Source: Octopus bimaculoides (Eukaryota). Taken from it: a stretch of DNA of 64,000 nt. The notes under the pieces were generated by a model. It saw only the letters and a program-made list of their open reading frames with translations. It searched no databases and was not told the DNA's origin. Positions 11,701 to 22,146 of this stretch are shown in pieces. The stretch spans positions 75,347,177 to 75,411,176 of the forward strand of contig NC_068991.1 in NCBI RefSeq assembly GCF_001194135.2, read 5' to 3'. The position numbers and the translations under genes were made by a program. Within the stretch, counting starts at the first letter, position 1. Each line of letters begins with the position of its first letter.

Positions 11701-12167
11701 TAGGTGCAGGAGTGGCTGTGTGGTAAGTAGCTTGCTTACCAACCACATGGTTCAGAGTTCAGTCCCACTGTGTGACACCTTGGGTAAGTATCTTCTTCTA
11801 TAGCCTTGTTGAAACAGATGTATATATATATATATATATATATANNNNNNNNNNNNNNNNNNNNNNNNNNNNNNNNNNNNNNNNNNNNNNNNNNNNNNNN
11901 NNNNNNNNNNNNNNNNNNNNNNNNNNNNNNNNNNNNNNNNNNNNNNNNNNNNNNNNNNNNGTTTATGCATCTGTGTTTGTCTCCCCAACATTGCTTGACA
12001 ACCGATGCTGGTGTGTTTACGTCCCCATAACTTAGTGGTTTGGCAAAAGAGACCAATAGAATAAATACTAGGCTTACAAAGAATAAGTCCTGAGGTTGAT
12101 TCGCTCGACTAAAGGTGGTGCTCCAGCATGGCCACAGTCAAATGACTGAAACAAGTAAAAGAATAAA
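11701..12167 (+). mobile_element. Family B SINE: tRNA-like head, internal (TA)n/(TG)n microsatellite, tail ...CAGCATGGCCGCAGTCAAATGACTGAAACAAGTAAAAG
   Basis: Head GGAGTGGCTGTGTGGTAAG...GTTCAGTCCC. The internal microsatellite contains the gap. Tail shared with many copies. Confidence 0.85.
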
Positions 12168-12730
12168 AATTATTTGATCTTATTTTTTTATTATCTATGT
12201 TTCAGAGCAAATATGGAGGCTTTTAGAAGATAGACTAGGGTAGTAGGGAAACATTGAATATTATAACTTCATTGTGCATGAGAAACATTGTTTTTAATTA
12301 TGTAATCAATTTAATTGTTTTTCAAACATCTTGGAAAAACGAAAACATGAATGAAATTGTAAATGGTGATGAAAGAAGTCTGACAGACCAATTGATCGAT
12401 GAATCGGTTGATCAAATCATTAAATCAAGCACTCGATTAGTTAATTTGTTAATTAACTAACTACTTGAATAATAATAATAACAGCTGTAATAAAAAGATT
12501 TAAAATAGGACCAATGCATGTGGGGTTTTTTTTTTGGCAAAATAACCCAATCAAGGATGAACAACATCTGTTTCAACACTTGATTTCATATCAAGGATTT
12601 TGCAGAAATAAATATAAAACTACAGTTGCAAAAAAAGCAGAAGGTTTTTTTTTGTGTGTGTGTGTTCATTATTTTGTTTTAAATGCTTGTCTTTACATTT
12701 CTTTTGTTTGTTTGTTTTTTCTTGCTTTAG

Positions 12731-12857
12731 GTTGTTCAAGTCATTAGAGACGATGTTCTTCCATTTGCTGGAACAATGCCCAAAGATTTTGTCATGAAAA
12801 TCATGGATATTCTTAATAAAGGTTCCATTCACTCAGCTACTTCTGATTCCTTTATCG
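12731..12857 (+). CDS. MON2: MON2 exon: VVQVIRDDVLPFAGTMPKDFVMKIMDILNKGSIHSATSDSFI
   Basis: ctttag|GTT...ATCG|gtaagg, 127 nt. Contains the conserved LNKGSIHS motif. Confidence 0.96.
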
Positions 12858-13132
12858 GTAAGGCATTTCTAAATATACACCAAAATAAGGAAGAAATCGT
12901 TATTTCTCAAAATGCTTTAGGTAGAGAATATTTTTATTTTGTTTTCCTTTTTGTGTATTTTTTTTTTAAATAAATTTTTATTTTGAATAAAGTGCATATG
13001 GAACTCTGAAAACACTGCAGGACTTTATGGCATCTGATGATAGCTTGACGCTTTGGCATTGAATTACTTTGTAACTTAGGAAATAACATGCAAATAATTC
13101 CTCCTCTTCCTTCTCCTCCTCCTCCTTGTAGT

Positions 13133-13520
13133 TGTTGTTGGCACTCCGTCGCTTACGACGTCGAGGGTTCCAGTTGAACCAATCAACGGAACAGCCTGCT
13201 CGTGAAATTAACGTGCAAGTGGCTGAGCACTCCACAGACACGTGTACCCTTAACGTAGTTCTCGGGGATATTCAGCGTGACACAGTGTGACAACGCTGAC
13301 CCTTTGAACTACAGGTACAACAGAAACAGGAAGTAAGAGTGAGAGAAAGTTGTGGTGAAAGAGTACAGCAGGGTTCGCCACCATCCCCTGCCGGAGCCTC
13401 ATGGAGCTTTAGGTGTTTAAGCTCAATAAACACTCACAACGCCCGGTCTGGGAATTGAAACCGCGATCCTATGACTGCGAGTCCGCTGCCCTAACCACTG
13501 GGCCATTGCGGTTCCACATT
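13133..13520 (-). mobile_element. Family D SINE (tRNA-Arg-like head, (CAA)n tail), full length with TSD
   Basis: TSD CTCCTCCTTGTAGT at 13119-13132 and 13521-13534. A and B boxes on the minus strand. Confidence 0.92.
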
Positions 13521-13728
13521 CTCCTCCTTGTAGTAACAGTAATGAAAGTGTGAACTGGCAGAATTATTATTTCACCAGACAAAATGCTTAGCAACATTTC
13601 TTCTGACTTTACATTCTTAGTTCAAATGCTGCCAGGGTTGACTTTGCCTTTCATCCTTTCGGTGGAGGAGGGGGGGCTGATAGAATTGCTGGCCCTGTAC
13701 CAAAATTTGAAACCATATTATTGTTGTA

Positions 13729-13943
13729 GTAAAGATTGTTTGCCAACATAACATGGCAGTCCTGGTTTAGGACGAATGTTGCTGTAATTTAACCCCAGGA
13801 GAAATCGTCTCCCTTGTTTTCGAAAATATGAAGACACAGATCATGTGATTTAGCCAGCTGGAGACCATGTCGCCTGGGGCTAAATTACAGCAACATTCGT
13901 CCTAGACCAGGACTACCATGTTATATTAGCAAATAATCTTTAC
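13729..13943. mobile_element. Palindromic MITE-like element, internally deleted copy
   Basis: Terminal arms GTAAAGATTGTTTGCCAACATAACATGGCAGTCCTGG... and their reverse complement. Second copy at 21595-21906. Confidence 0.8.
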
Positions 13944-14401
13944 TCTAAATTCTACATTATTTGAAACAAAGGTAGTGCATGTCAACACAAATGTAATAAT
14001 GTAAAAATTAAAAGATTATCATAAATTTTTATTGGATTAATGGAAGGTAGGATTAGTAGAGAACCTGATGAAAGGACTTGTAGAATTTAATCCTGTTGCT
14101 TCATTGTCAGAATTTAAATCTTGCACATTTTTGCATCTGCTTAATTTTACTCACATTTGCGTGGACTTATGGCCATTGTAGAGGGTACCTGTTGAAGTTG
14201 GCATACCGTGAGATTGAACTCAAGGCCTGATAAACGCCAAGCAAACTGCCCACCCCTTTTTGACCACATTTGCAGCTCAGGTTATAAGCAAATTCCTAAT
14301 TGTTCACAAAGGTCAGACAAGTTTAAGACCTCATGAATGCCAGGCAAATTTCTGGACAATTTAACAATATTTGCACCTCAAACAATAAGCAAATTCCAGA
14401 G

Positions 14402-14440
<39 letters not shown>

Positions 14441-15064
14441 CTTATCTCTCTTTCTCTCTATCCTCTCACTTTCTTCATATCACCTGTTCCAACTTTGCAA
14501 TGAAGTTTACTACTTCCATTAATAATATTAGGTCTCTTGGTTGTAGGTGTTTAAGCATCTGTCTGTGTGTCCATTGGGAAATACATATGGTATGGTTAAT
14601 GTTGTTGTTGTTGTAGTTGTTGTTGATAGTCTTGTTTAATAGATGTTCATTGTGTTCTGTATTGTTTTGTAGCTTGTAGTTCTTCTTAACACCTTTCTCT
14701 ATTAAACTTTGTAACTTACATTCATTATCCAACATTAGTTGCAAAGAAGTTAGGAATTTGCGTAACATATTTGCTACTTCTAGCTGGCGGTCAAACTCAT
14801 CTACATGGACCTGATAAATAAGATTTTATCATCATCATTGTCTTTAGCAACCACATCATCATCATCATCCTCATAGCTATAAAGTCTATTACTAAGCCTG
14901 ATACCATTATCAAGTTCTTCTTCTTCCTTCCCCTTTCTCCCTTCCCCCCCCCCTGCTGCCTCATCATCATCAAAATTTCAAACTATTACAACACTAACAC
15001 CACCACCACCATCATCATCACTACATCACAAACACTATCATTACAAATTACCACTACCACCACC

Positions 15065-15095
<31 letters not shown>

Positions 15096-15124
15096 CTTCA
15101 TCACAAACGCTATCATTACAAATT

Positions 15125-15155
<31 letters not shown>

Positions 15156-15569
15156 TCACAAACTACCATCACCCCACCACTACCTCCACCATCACCACCA
15201 TCATTAAAATCAGCATATTGATCACTTCAACCTGAACTTTTCTGTATCAGAATGATAAGGAAAGGAACCTTCGTCACTTGATTGATTCCATCTTTTGTTA
15301 AAATGTTTAAATTATGGATCTCTCCAAAAGTCAATAGTTATAGATTTGTATATACAATCAATAATCATATTAATAACATAATTAAATGTTATATAAAATA
15401 ATTAAGCTACAGAAAAAATTAATCAGATGCTATATTTTTCAAGAAATAATTCATTTATTTCCTTGACAATTATTATTATTGAGTTTTTCTTCTTTCAGTT
15501 TTGTTTCCATTTCTTGCTGAGTGTCTTCCTGACACCTAGGGCAAGGAAACTGACTGTAAACGTTGATAG

Positions 15570-15752
15570 CAGGGAGAAATTCTTAGTGGTATTTCGCCTG
15601 TCACTCCTGATCTGAGTTCAAATTCCGCCGAGGTTGGCTTTGCCTTTCATCCTTTCGAGGTCGATGAAATAAGTACCAGTTTCACACTGGGGTCAATATA
15701 ATTGACTATTCCCCTCCCCCAAATTTCAGGACTTGTGCCTATAGTAGAAAGG
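15570..15752 (+). mobile_element. Family C SINE (tRNA-like, CTGAGTTCAAATTCCGCCGAGG), tail variant ...GCCTATAGTAGAAAGG
   Basis: Shared core GAGTTCAAATTCCGCCGAGG...TTTCATCCTTTCG...AAGTACCAG. Degenerate relatives at about 10171-10320, 13549-13715 and 18100-18240. Confidence 0.8.
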
Positions 15753-15773
15753 GCACTATTCGAGTGCAATCGT

Positions 15774-16140
15774 TGCCAGAGTTGCCTGACTGTCCTCTGA
15801 CATGAGTTCCTCTCCTCTCATAATTCCTTGTCCTGTGAGTTACTTGGTGACCCAGCCAGTGCTGGTGCCACGTTAAAAGCATCGAGTCCACCCTGTAAAG
15901 TGGTTGGCATTTGGAAGGGCATCCAGCTGTGAAAATCATGCCAATACTCACCTCGCCTATGTTAGTGCTACGTAAAAAGCACTGAGTCCACTCTGCAGAG
16001 TGGTTTGTGTCAGGAAGGGCATCCTTGGTGAAACAGACAGAGTAGCCTAGGGTAGTATTTCTACCTGACCAGCTCCTGTGAACCGTCCTACCCATGCATG
16101 GAAGATGGACATTAAACGATGATGATGATGATGATGATGA
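15774..16140 (+). mobile_element. Family A-related older copy ending in (GAT)n 40 nt upstream of the MON2 acceptor
   Basis: GGTTGGCATTTGGAAGGGCATCCAGCTG and CCCATGCATGGAAGATGGACATTAAAC(GAT)n. Confidence 0.75.
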
Positions 16141-16179
16141 TTTAAATAATTTTATTTTCCACATTTTGTATTTTTCCAG

Positions 16180-16381
16180 ATACTGAATCCAGTCGCAAAC
16201 TCAGGGAGGAGTTTGCGAAAGCTTGCTTTGAAACTCTGCTGCAGTTTTCTTTCATTACTCGCACTGCTAACGAAGGCTCACTAACGAAGATGGCCGTACA
16301 GTCCCTGTTGCAACGATGTCAAGAAGTCGTGAAAAACTATGTTGAAGATGAACGTCTCAGTGGAAAGTGTCCTTTACCAAG
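16180..16381 (+). CDS. MON2: MON2 exon: (D)TESSRKLREEFAKACFETLLQFSF...YVEDERLSGKCPLP(R)
   Basis: ttccag|AT...CCAAG|gtgagt, 202 nt. LREEF..CFETLLQFSF and DERLSGKCPLPR are hallmark Mon2 C-terminal motifs. Confidence 0.97.
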
Positions 16382-18522
16382 GTGAGTAGTAGTAGGAGTA
16401 GAAGACCCTGAACGAACAAACCTTTTTTGAACAGCATGCCATATTTCAGCCAGTGTACCAGGGACTACATTATCCAATGAGAAATCCTAGTATTTTTTTT
16501 TAAGATGGTAGAAGTAATGTTAGTAGCAGTAGTAGTAATAGTAGTAGTAGTAGTAGTAGCAGCAGCAGCAGCAGTGGCAACAGTAGTAGTAGGAAGACAA
16601 GTAGAAGGAGGAGGAGGAGACAGTATTTGGTGGTTGAGGTGCATCCTGGTGTCATTGGTCTGTCTGGTATTTCGTGGAAGAATATACCCAAGTACCAATT
16701 AAGTGTCATGGGATGTTTTGTCTTCTATGATTTGTTTCAGGAGAGTGTTGAATTAAACAGGACCAGTTGAGATAGAAAACCTGGAAATCCTGATACACAG
16801 ATTGTCCCCATTTGAGTAAAGCAGTGTTAATGATAATATCGCTCATTGACATTATGACCAGTTGTTCTATGGTTTTGAAAATCTGTGGAATATAACAGAA
16901 AAAGAAAATACTTTACTTGAAATGGGTGAAGCATCCAGCCATGAAATTCTGTCTCAAGATCAATTCCCATCCAAGCCATGCCAATATAGGAGAACGGATA
17001 TGAAACAAATGACTCTGTCAGTACATTTTTTTTCCCTTTTTCTTTTTCTGGCTGTCTTAAAATATTAATTGTAAATGCCAGTTCAATTATAAACTGAAGA
17101 ATGATGTTCTTTATTTGATGACTTAAGAAGTAGCTTCAACAGACAATTCTAAAATATCAGAAAATAAGATTAGCAGGATTTGAATGGTCTTCTTGTCCAT
17201 AAACATGATCTATAAAAAAAAAATCGATAAAAGAAACAGAAAAAAAAGAATTAAATTTTATCTTTTGTTTTTCTTATCTCTACCAAAGAAAAATTTGTCA
17301 GCTATCTGTAATCCATAACTAGAAAACAACACATTTATCATAAATAAAAGGTATATTCTATTGTCATTGTGATATTTTATTTTTGTTTGCATGTACAAGA
17401 CAAAAAATGGTTTTCTTTTCATTTCAGAATACCTTCCAAAACTTTCCATTGAGCTTATCTTAGATTTTGTGAATGTCCCTTGACAACAAAACTGTCAAGA
17501 GATTTTTCCTTATTCCTTCCATTTTTCTCTTTTCGTCTCCTAATATTGTATTTGAAGTTTATCACACTTGATGGGATAACTTTGGTAGATGTGAGCTGAA
17601 GAAATCTGTTTTTGATGTTGGCAGAGCTTAAATTTATGAATGTTTTACTGGTGTAGAAATTCAGATTCAGATAAAATATTCTTTGTCATCCATTAAATAT
17701 TGTTGAAGTATGTATGACCCATTCCTCAAATTTACATTGCTGCAAATTCACGTGTGAATGTCCAATACTAGTTCCAACTTGAGATCAAATTACAGAATCT
17801 TATTATTGTCTGTTTTACTTCAAAGGCAAATTTCATAGCACTTTATATACAATGCAAAGCAACTGACGGTGATCACTTATGCATGTATACATTCAACTTC
17901 CTAGCCATACCAATGACTGTACACAAGATACAAATATAAATCTTTCTCCTTATGAAACTCATGTATATCAAGCAATTCTTGAACCAGTTATTTCTGTTGT
18001 TGTTGTTGTTATTATTATTATTATATTCATCATAATCATTGATATCATCATTATTATGGCCATGGACTGGAAGAATTGTTACACCATCACACAGAATATC
18101 TAACAATATTTCTTCCAGCTCTTTACAATCCAAGTTCAAATCCCATCAGGGTTGACTTTGCCTAGGGTTGATAAATAAAGTATTAGCCAACTACTGGGGC
18201 CCACTGTAATTAACAAACCTCCTTCCCCTAAAATTACTTGATTTGCAACAATTACACACACACACACTCAATTCATTTGAAACAACCCTTGATTCTATGA
18301 TACCAATTCCTGTTTGAAAGAAATCTAAATTACAACCTTTCATCAAAATATCAAATCAAGTTATATTCCAAATGACAAAGTTATATTTCAAAATTCTTCA
18401 TAAATTTTCTGAAATTTGTCAAAGATCTTCCAAATGGTCAAGAATGGCTTCATGTAAATTAATGCTTTCTGGTGCTCTCTTACTCAAATATTATCAGCCC
18501 TTCACACAAACACAATGTATTT

Positions 18523-18595
<73 letters not shown>

Positions 18596-18904
18596 CGGCA
18601 ATAAGAAAATGGAGGTGGTCAAAAGGTGGTATTCATCAACTTTTAGACATTATATTATGTCTATTTATTTTTAAAAAAAAAACAATTATAATAATATACA
18701 TACATGTATAACAGATTATGCTTTACATATATAAAAATACCAGTAATTATTAAAATATATAACGTAGAACATAGAAAGTAGAATAGTTTCTAACACTTGT
18801 GTATTAATAATTGGGTATTCTACCAGCAGTGTATTGGATAGATATTATCCCTTAGTTGGTTAGATTCACAACCTCTGTTAAACGACGATGATGATGATGA
18901 TGAT

Positions 18905-19187
18905 AAACAAAACAAAAAATGGAACAAGAACATAACAGGATACAACAAAACACCTGGACAGTTAGACAATACAAAGAAGGACAGGAAAAAACAAGGATGG
19001 GTCATTCAGAGCCTTCTATTGTCACTCGAGGCTGAAACTGCAGGAATGATCTGGAACTCGACTGATGATAGAAGGCTCTGAATGGGCCGTTCTTGTTTTT
19101 TCTTGTTCTTCTTCATATCATCTAACTGTCTGGATGATTTGATGTCACTTGTTACGTTTTTGTTCCATTGTTTTTTTTGTTTTGTTT
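18905..19187. repeat. Foldback element, ~125-bp inverted arms around a 26-nt spacer
   Basis: CATTCAGAGCCTTCTAT / ATAGAAGGCTCTGAATG, with homology continuing outward on both arms. Confidence 0.85.
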
Positions 19188-19226
19188 TTTATATATACAT
19201 ATAGCAGCGTATGTACACTTTTGGTC

Positions 19227-19260
<34 letters not shown>

Positions 19261-19711
19261 NNNNNNNNNNNNNNNNNNNNNNNNNNNNNNNNNNNNNNNN
19301 NNNNNNNNNNNNNNNNNNNNNNNNNNNNNNNNNNNNNNNNNNNNNNNNNNNNNNNNNNNNNNNNNNNNNNNNNNNNNNNNNNNNNNNNCCAGTGAAAGTT
19401 GTACATACCTCGATTATCTGCAGACTATAGTTTAAAAATCAACACTTTCAAAATAAAAGTGTCTATTTATCTTCAGTACAGATTGCCGATATTTTTACAA
19501 TCAAACAGAATCTCGTGCTAGTTGTCTTCAACTAGTGAAAGCGTGCACGTGATTCTATCCATTATAAAGATTAAAATTCAAAAGTCCTAGTTCTGGCGCG
19601 CTGAATCCGGAAAATATCTCTGCAGAAAATAATTTCTGCTTTGAATTTACCAACTTTGAGAAATGTGATTATGGTTAATTAACATAATATGGTATTTTTT
19701 ACCATATTATG

Positions 19712-19744
<33 letters not shown>

Positions 19745-20206
19745 GATAGATAGATATAGATATATACATGTATTTGCGCAGTGGTGAAGCTATCTTTCAA
19801 ATTGTTGCAGTTGACAAAGCTTGTTCACTGGTTTACAATTCCTGGTTGGAATCATATTATGGCTGTCTTTGACATTGATTTCCCTCAAGACAAATTATAT
19901 AAGAACATATTATAGAAAGTTTGTCAGAAATATCTGAAATAAGATTACATTTGGCAGTGGAGTTTGTGAGGCCCCATAGATTATTTGGTTAATGTTCTCA
20001 TTTCTTAGCTCAAGTCTCGGTTTAATGGTTGCTATTTATTAAAGACATTAAGCTGTAACATGCCAGCTCTAAGAATTCTTGTTAATATACAATTATGCAA
20101 ATAATAAATACAAATGCATGCGACCTTTGAAAACTGATATAAGGATATCTTTTGGAAAATTAATAAAATGATAATAACAACAATAACAATAATAATGATG
20201 ATGATG

Positions 20207-20238
<32 letters not shown>

Positions 20239-20300
20239 TACCCCAGTGTCACTTTGATGGCATGTACTGCTCTCTCACTCAATAATAATAATAATAATAA

Positions 20301-20490
20301 TAATAATCCTTTCTACTATAGGCACAAGGACTGGATTTTTTTCTGGGGAGTGGTAGTGGTGGTGGTGGGGGACAATTGATGATATCAACCCCAGTACTTG
20401 ACTGGTATTTAATTTATCGACTCTGAAAGGATGAAAGGCAAAGTCGACTTCAGCGGAATTTGAACTCAGAATGTAGTGACAGACAAAGAG
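20301..20490 (-). mobile_element. Family C SINE copy
   Basis: Reverse complement of the Family C core with the (TTA)n-ended tail variant. Confidence 0.75.
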
Positions 20491-20527
20491 AATTTTTATA
20501 AGCTCTAAAAATTCACTCCATAATTGC

Positions 20528-20797
20528 CCACGGGCATATGGTGTAGTGGTTAAAAGTGCGGGCTACTAACCCCAAGATTCCATGTTCGATTCCAGGCAGC
20601 GACCTGAATAATAATAATAACAACATTGAAAAATACCTTAGGAATGAGAACCCAGGTTCCAAATTTCCCCAAGACACCTGATGAAGACTGGAGGGTATAT
20701 CAGCTGAAACATTGTGTTAAGAACAAACAAGACGAGGACAAATATCCGTCAAATTTAAATAATGTAGATAATTCCTCATCTCTTAAATCTAGAACTG
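20528..20797 (+). mobile_element. Family E SINE, apparently full length
   Basis: GGGCATATGGTGTAGTGGTTAAAAGTGCGGGCTACTAACCCCAAGATTCCATGTTCGATTCC head, (TAA)n, hammerhead-like motif at 20674-20717. Confidence 0.85.
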
Positions 20798-21044
20798 TAT
20801 CTCACTCTACAGTCTAACTACTCTGCCAGATTGTTGTTAAGCAGGTCATAAGTTAGATAAGTCTATCTGTTGTGTGTATTCTTTGAATTGTAATAAATCC
20901 TAATAAACGCGTCTATGAATATTGATGTCATGCATTTGATTTTGTTGAAAATATTTTAAAGGATTATTGTAATGGTTTCATGTGATCGATGCCTTCCATA
21001 CAGAACACCTGCACAAGAAAGTACCTTATAATATTCCTGTCAAA

Positions 21045-21260
21045 ATCGTTAGCACACCGGGCGAAGTGCTTAGTGGTACTTCGTCTGCCATTACGTTCTG
21101 AGTTCAGATTCCGCTCAGGTCAACTAAGGCTTTCATCCTTTCGGGGTCAATTAAATAAGTACCAGTTACGCACTGGGGTCGATGTTATTGACTTAATCCC
21201 TTTGTCTGTCCTTGTTTGTCCCCCTCTGTGTTTATTCCCCTGTGGACAATAAAGAAATAA
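21045..21260 (+). mobile_element. Family C SINE, tail variant ...CCCCTTGTGGGCAATAAAGAAATAA
   Basis: Matches 55708-55942 and 57987-58181. Confidence 0.85.
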
Positions 21261-21594
21261 AAATATTCCTGTCAGTTTTATTCTCTTGCTACTCACTCCC
21301 GACTCTGAATGAAGATGAGATTTATATCCAGGAAACTGTTCTGAATACTCATTTGAACTCTTTTGATACCAATCTATCTGGCACCAACACTTGTTCCATG
21401 ATGCAAACTTTGTCTTAAAGTCATCTAAATTAAGACCCTTTATCTAAATTTTGTGTTAATTTATGTTTCAAACACTGACAACAAAATTATTTCGCTAAAT
21501 TCTTCATTATTTTCAAAATTAATTGAAACAAGAGCTGTGTAAATTACTATTTTCAAATCTCACAACGAGAGATATTCAGCAACAGTACTTTGTA

Positions 21595-21906
21595 GTAAAG
21601 ATTGTTTGCCAACATAACATGGCAGTCCTGGTTTAGGACGAATGTTGCTGTAATTTAGCCCCAGGAGACATTGTCTCCAGCTGGCTATACAACATGATCT
21701 GTGTCCTTATATTTTTGAACAAGGGAATCTAGCTCCCCAACAGATATTGTTTTGAGCTGAGTGGGGGTGCTAGATTCCCTTGTTTGAAAATATAAAAACA
21801 CAGATCATGTTGTATAGCCAGCTGGAGATGATGTCTCCTGGGGCTAAATTACAGCAACATTCATCCTAAACCAGGACTGCCATGTTATATTGGCAAGAAT
21901 CTTTAT
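21595..21906. mobile_element. Palindromic MITE-like element, ~310 bp, almost entirely self-complementary
   Basis: Arms of about 140 bp pair throughout, with a short central spacer near 21736-21762. Confidence 0.88.
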
Positions 21907-22063
21907 TCCAAGAGTTGTGTATTTCTACAGAAATTTGGTGGCAAAGAGTTAATCCTGTTTATCACGAATCTTTAAAATTTCTCAGTTTTCAGATTCAAGT
22001 TTAATTATGTGAGTAACATTCAAAGATTACATTTTTAAAATGATTTTCTTTTTCTTTTCTTAG

Positions 22064-22146
22064 ACCCCGTTTAGCTGAAATTGCTTCTGTTCTGAAGGCC
22101 ATAACGACTTTGCTATTAAGTCTAAAGAAAGCTTCCCCAAACAATG
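22064..22146 (+). CDS. MON2: MON2 exon: PRLAEIASVLKAITTLLLSLKKASPNN
   Basis: ttcttag|A...AATG|gtaaga, 83 nt, phases compatible on both sides. Resembles MON2 EIIFVLKAVSTLIDSLKK. Confidence 0.94.
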
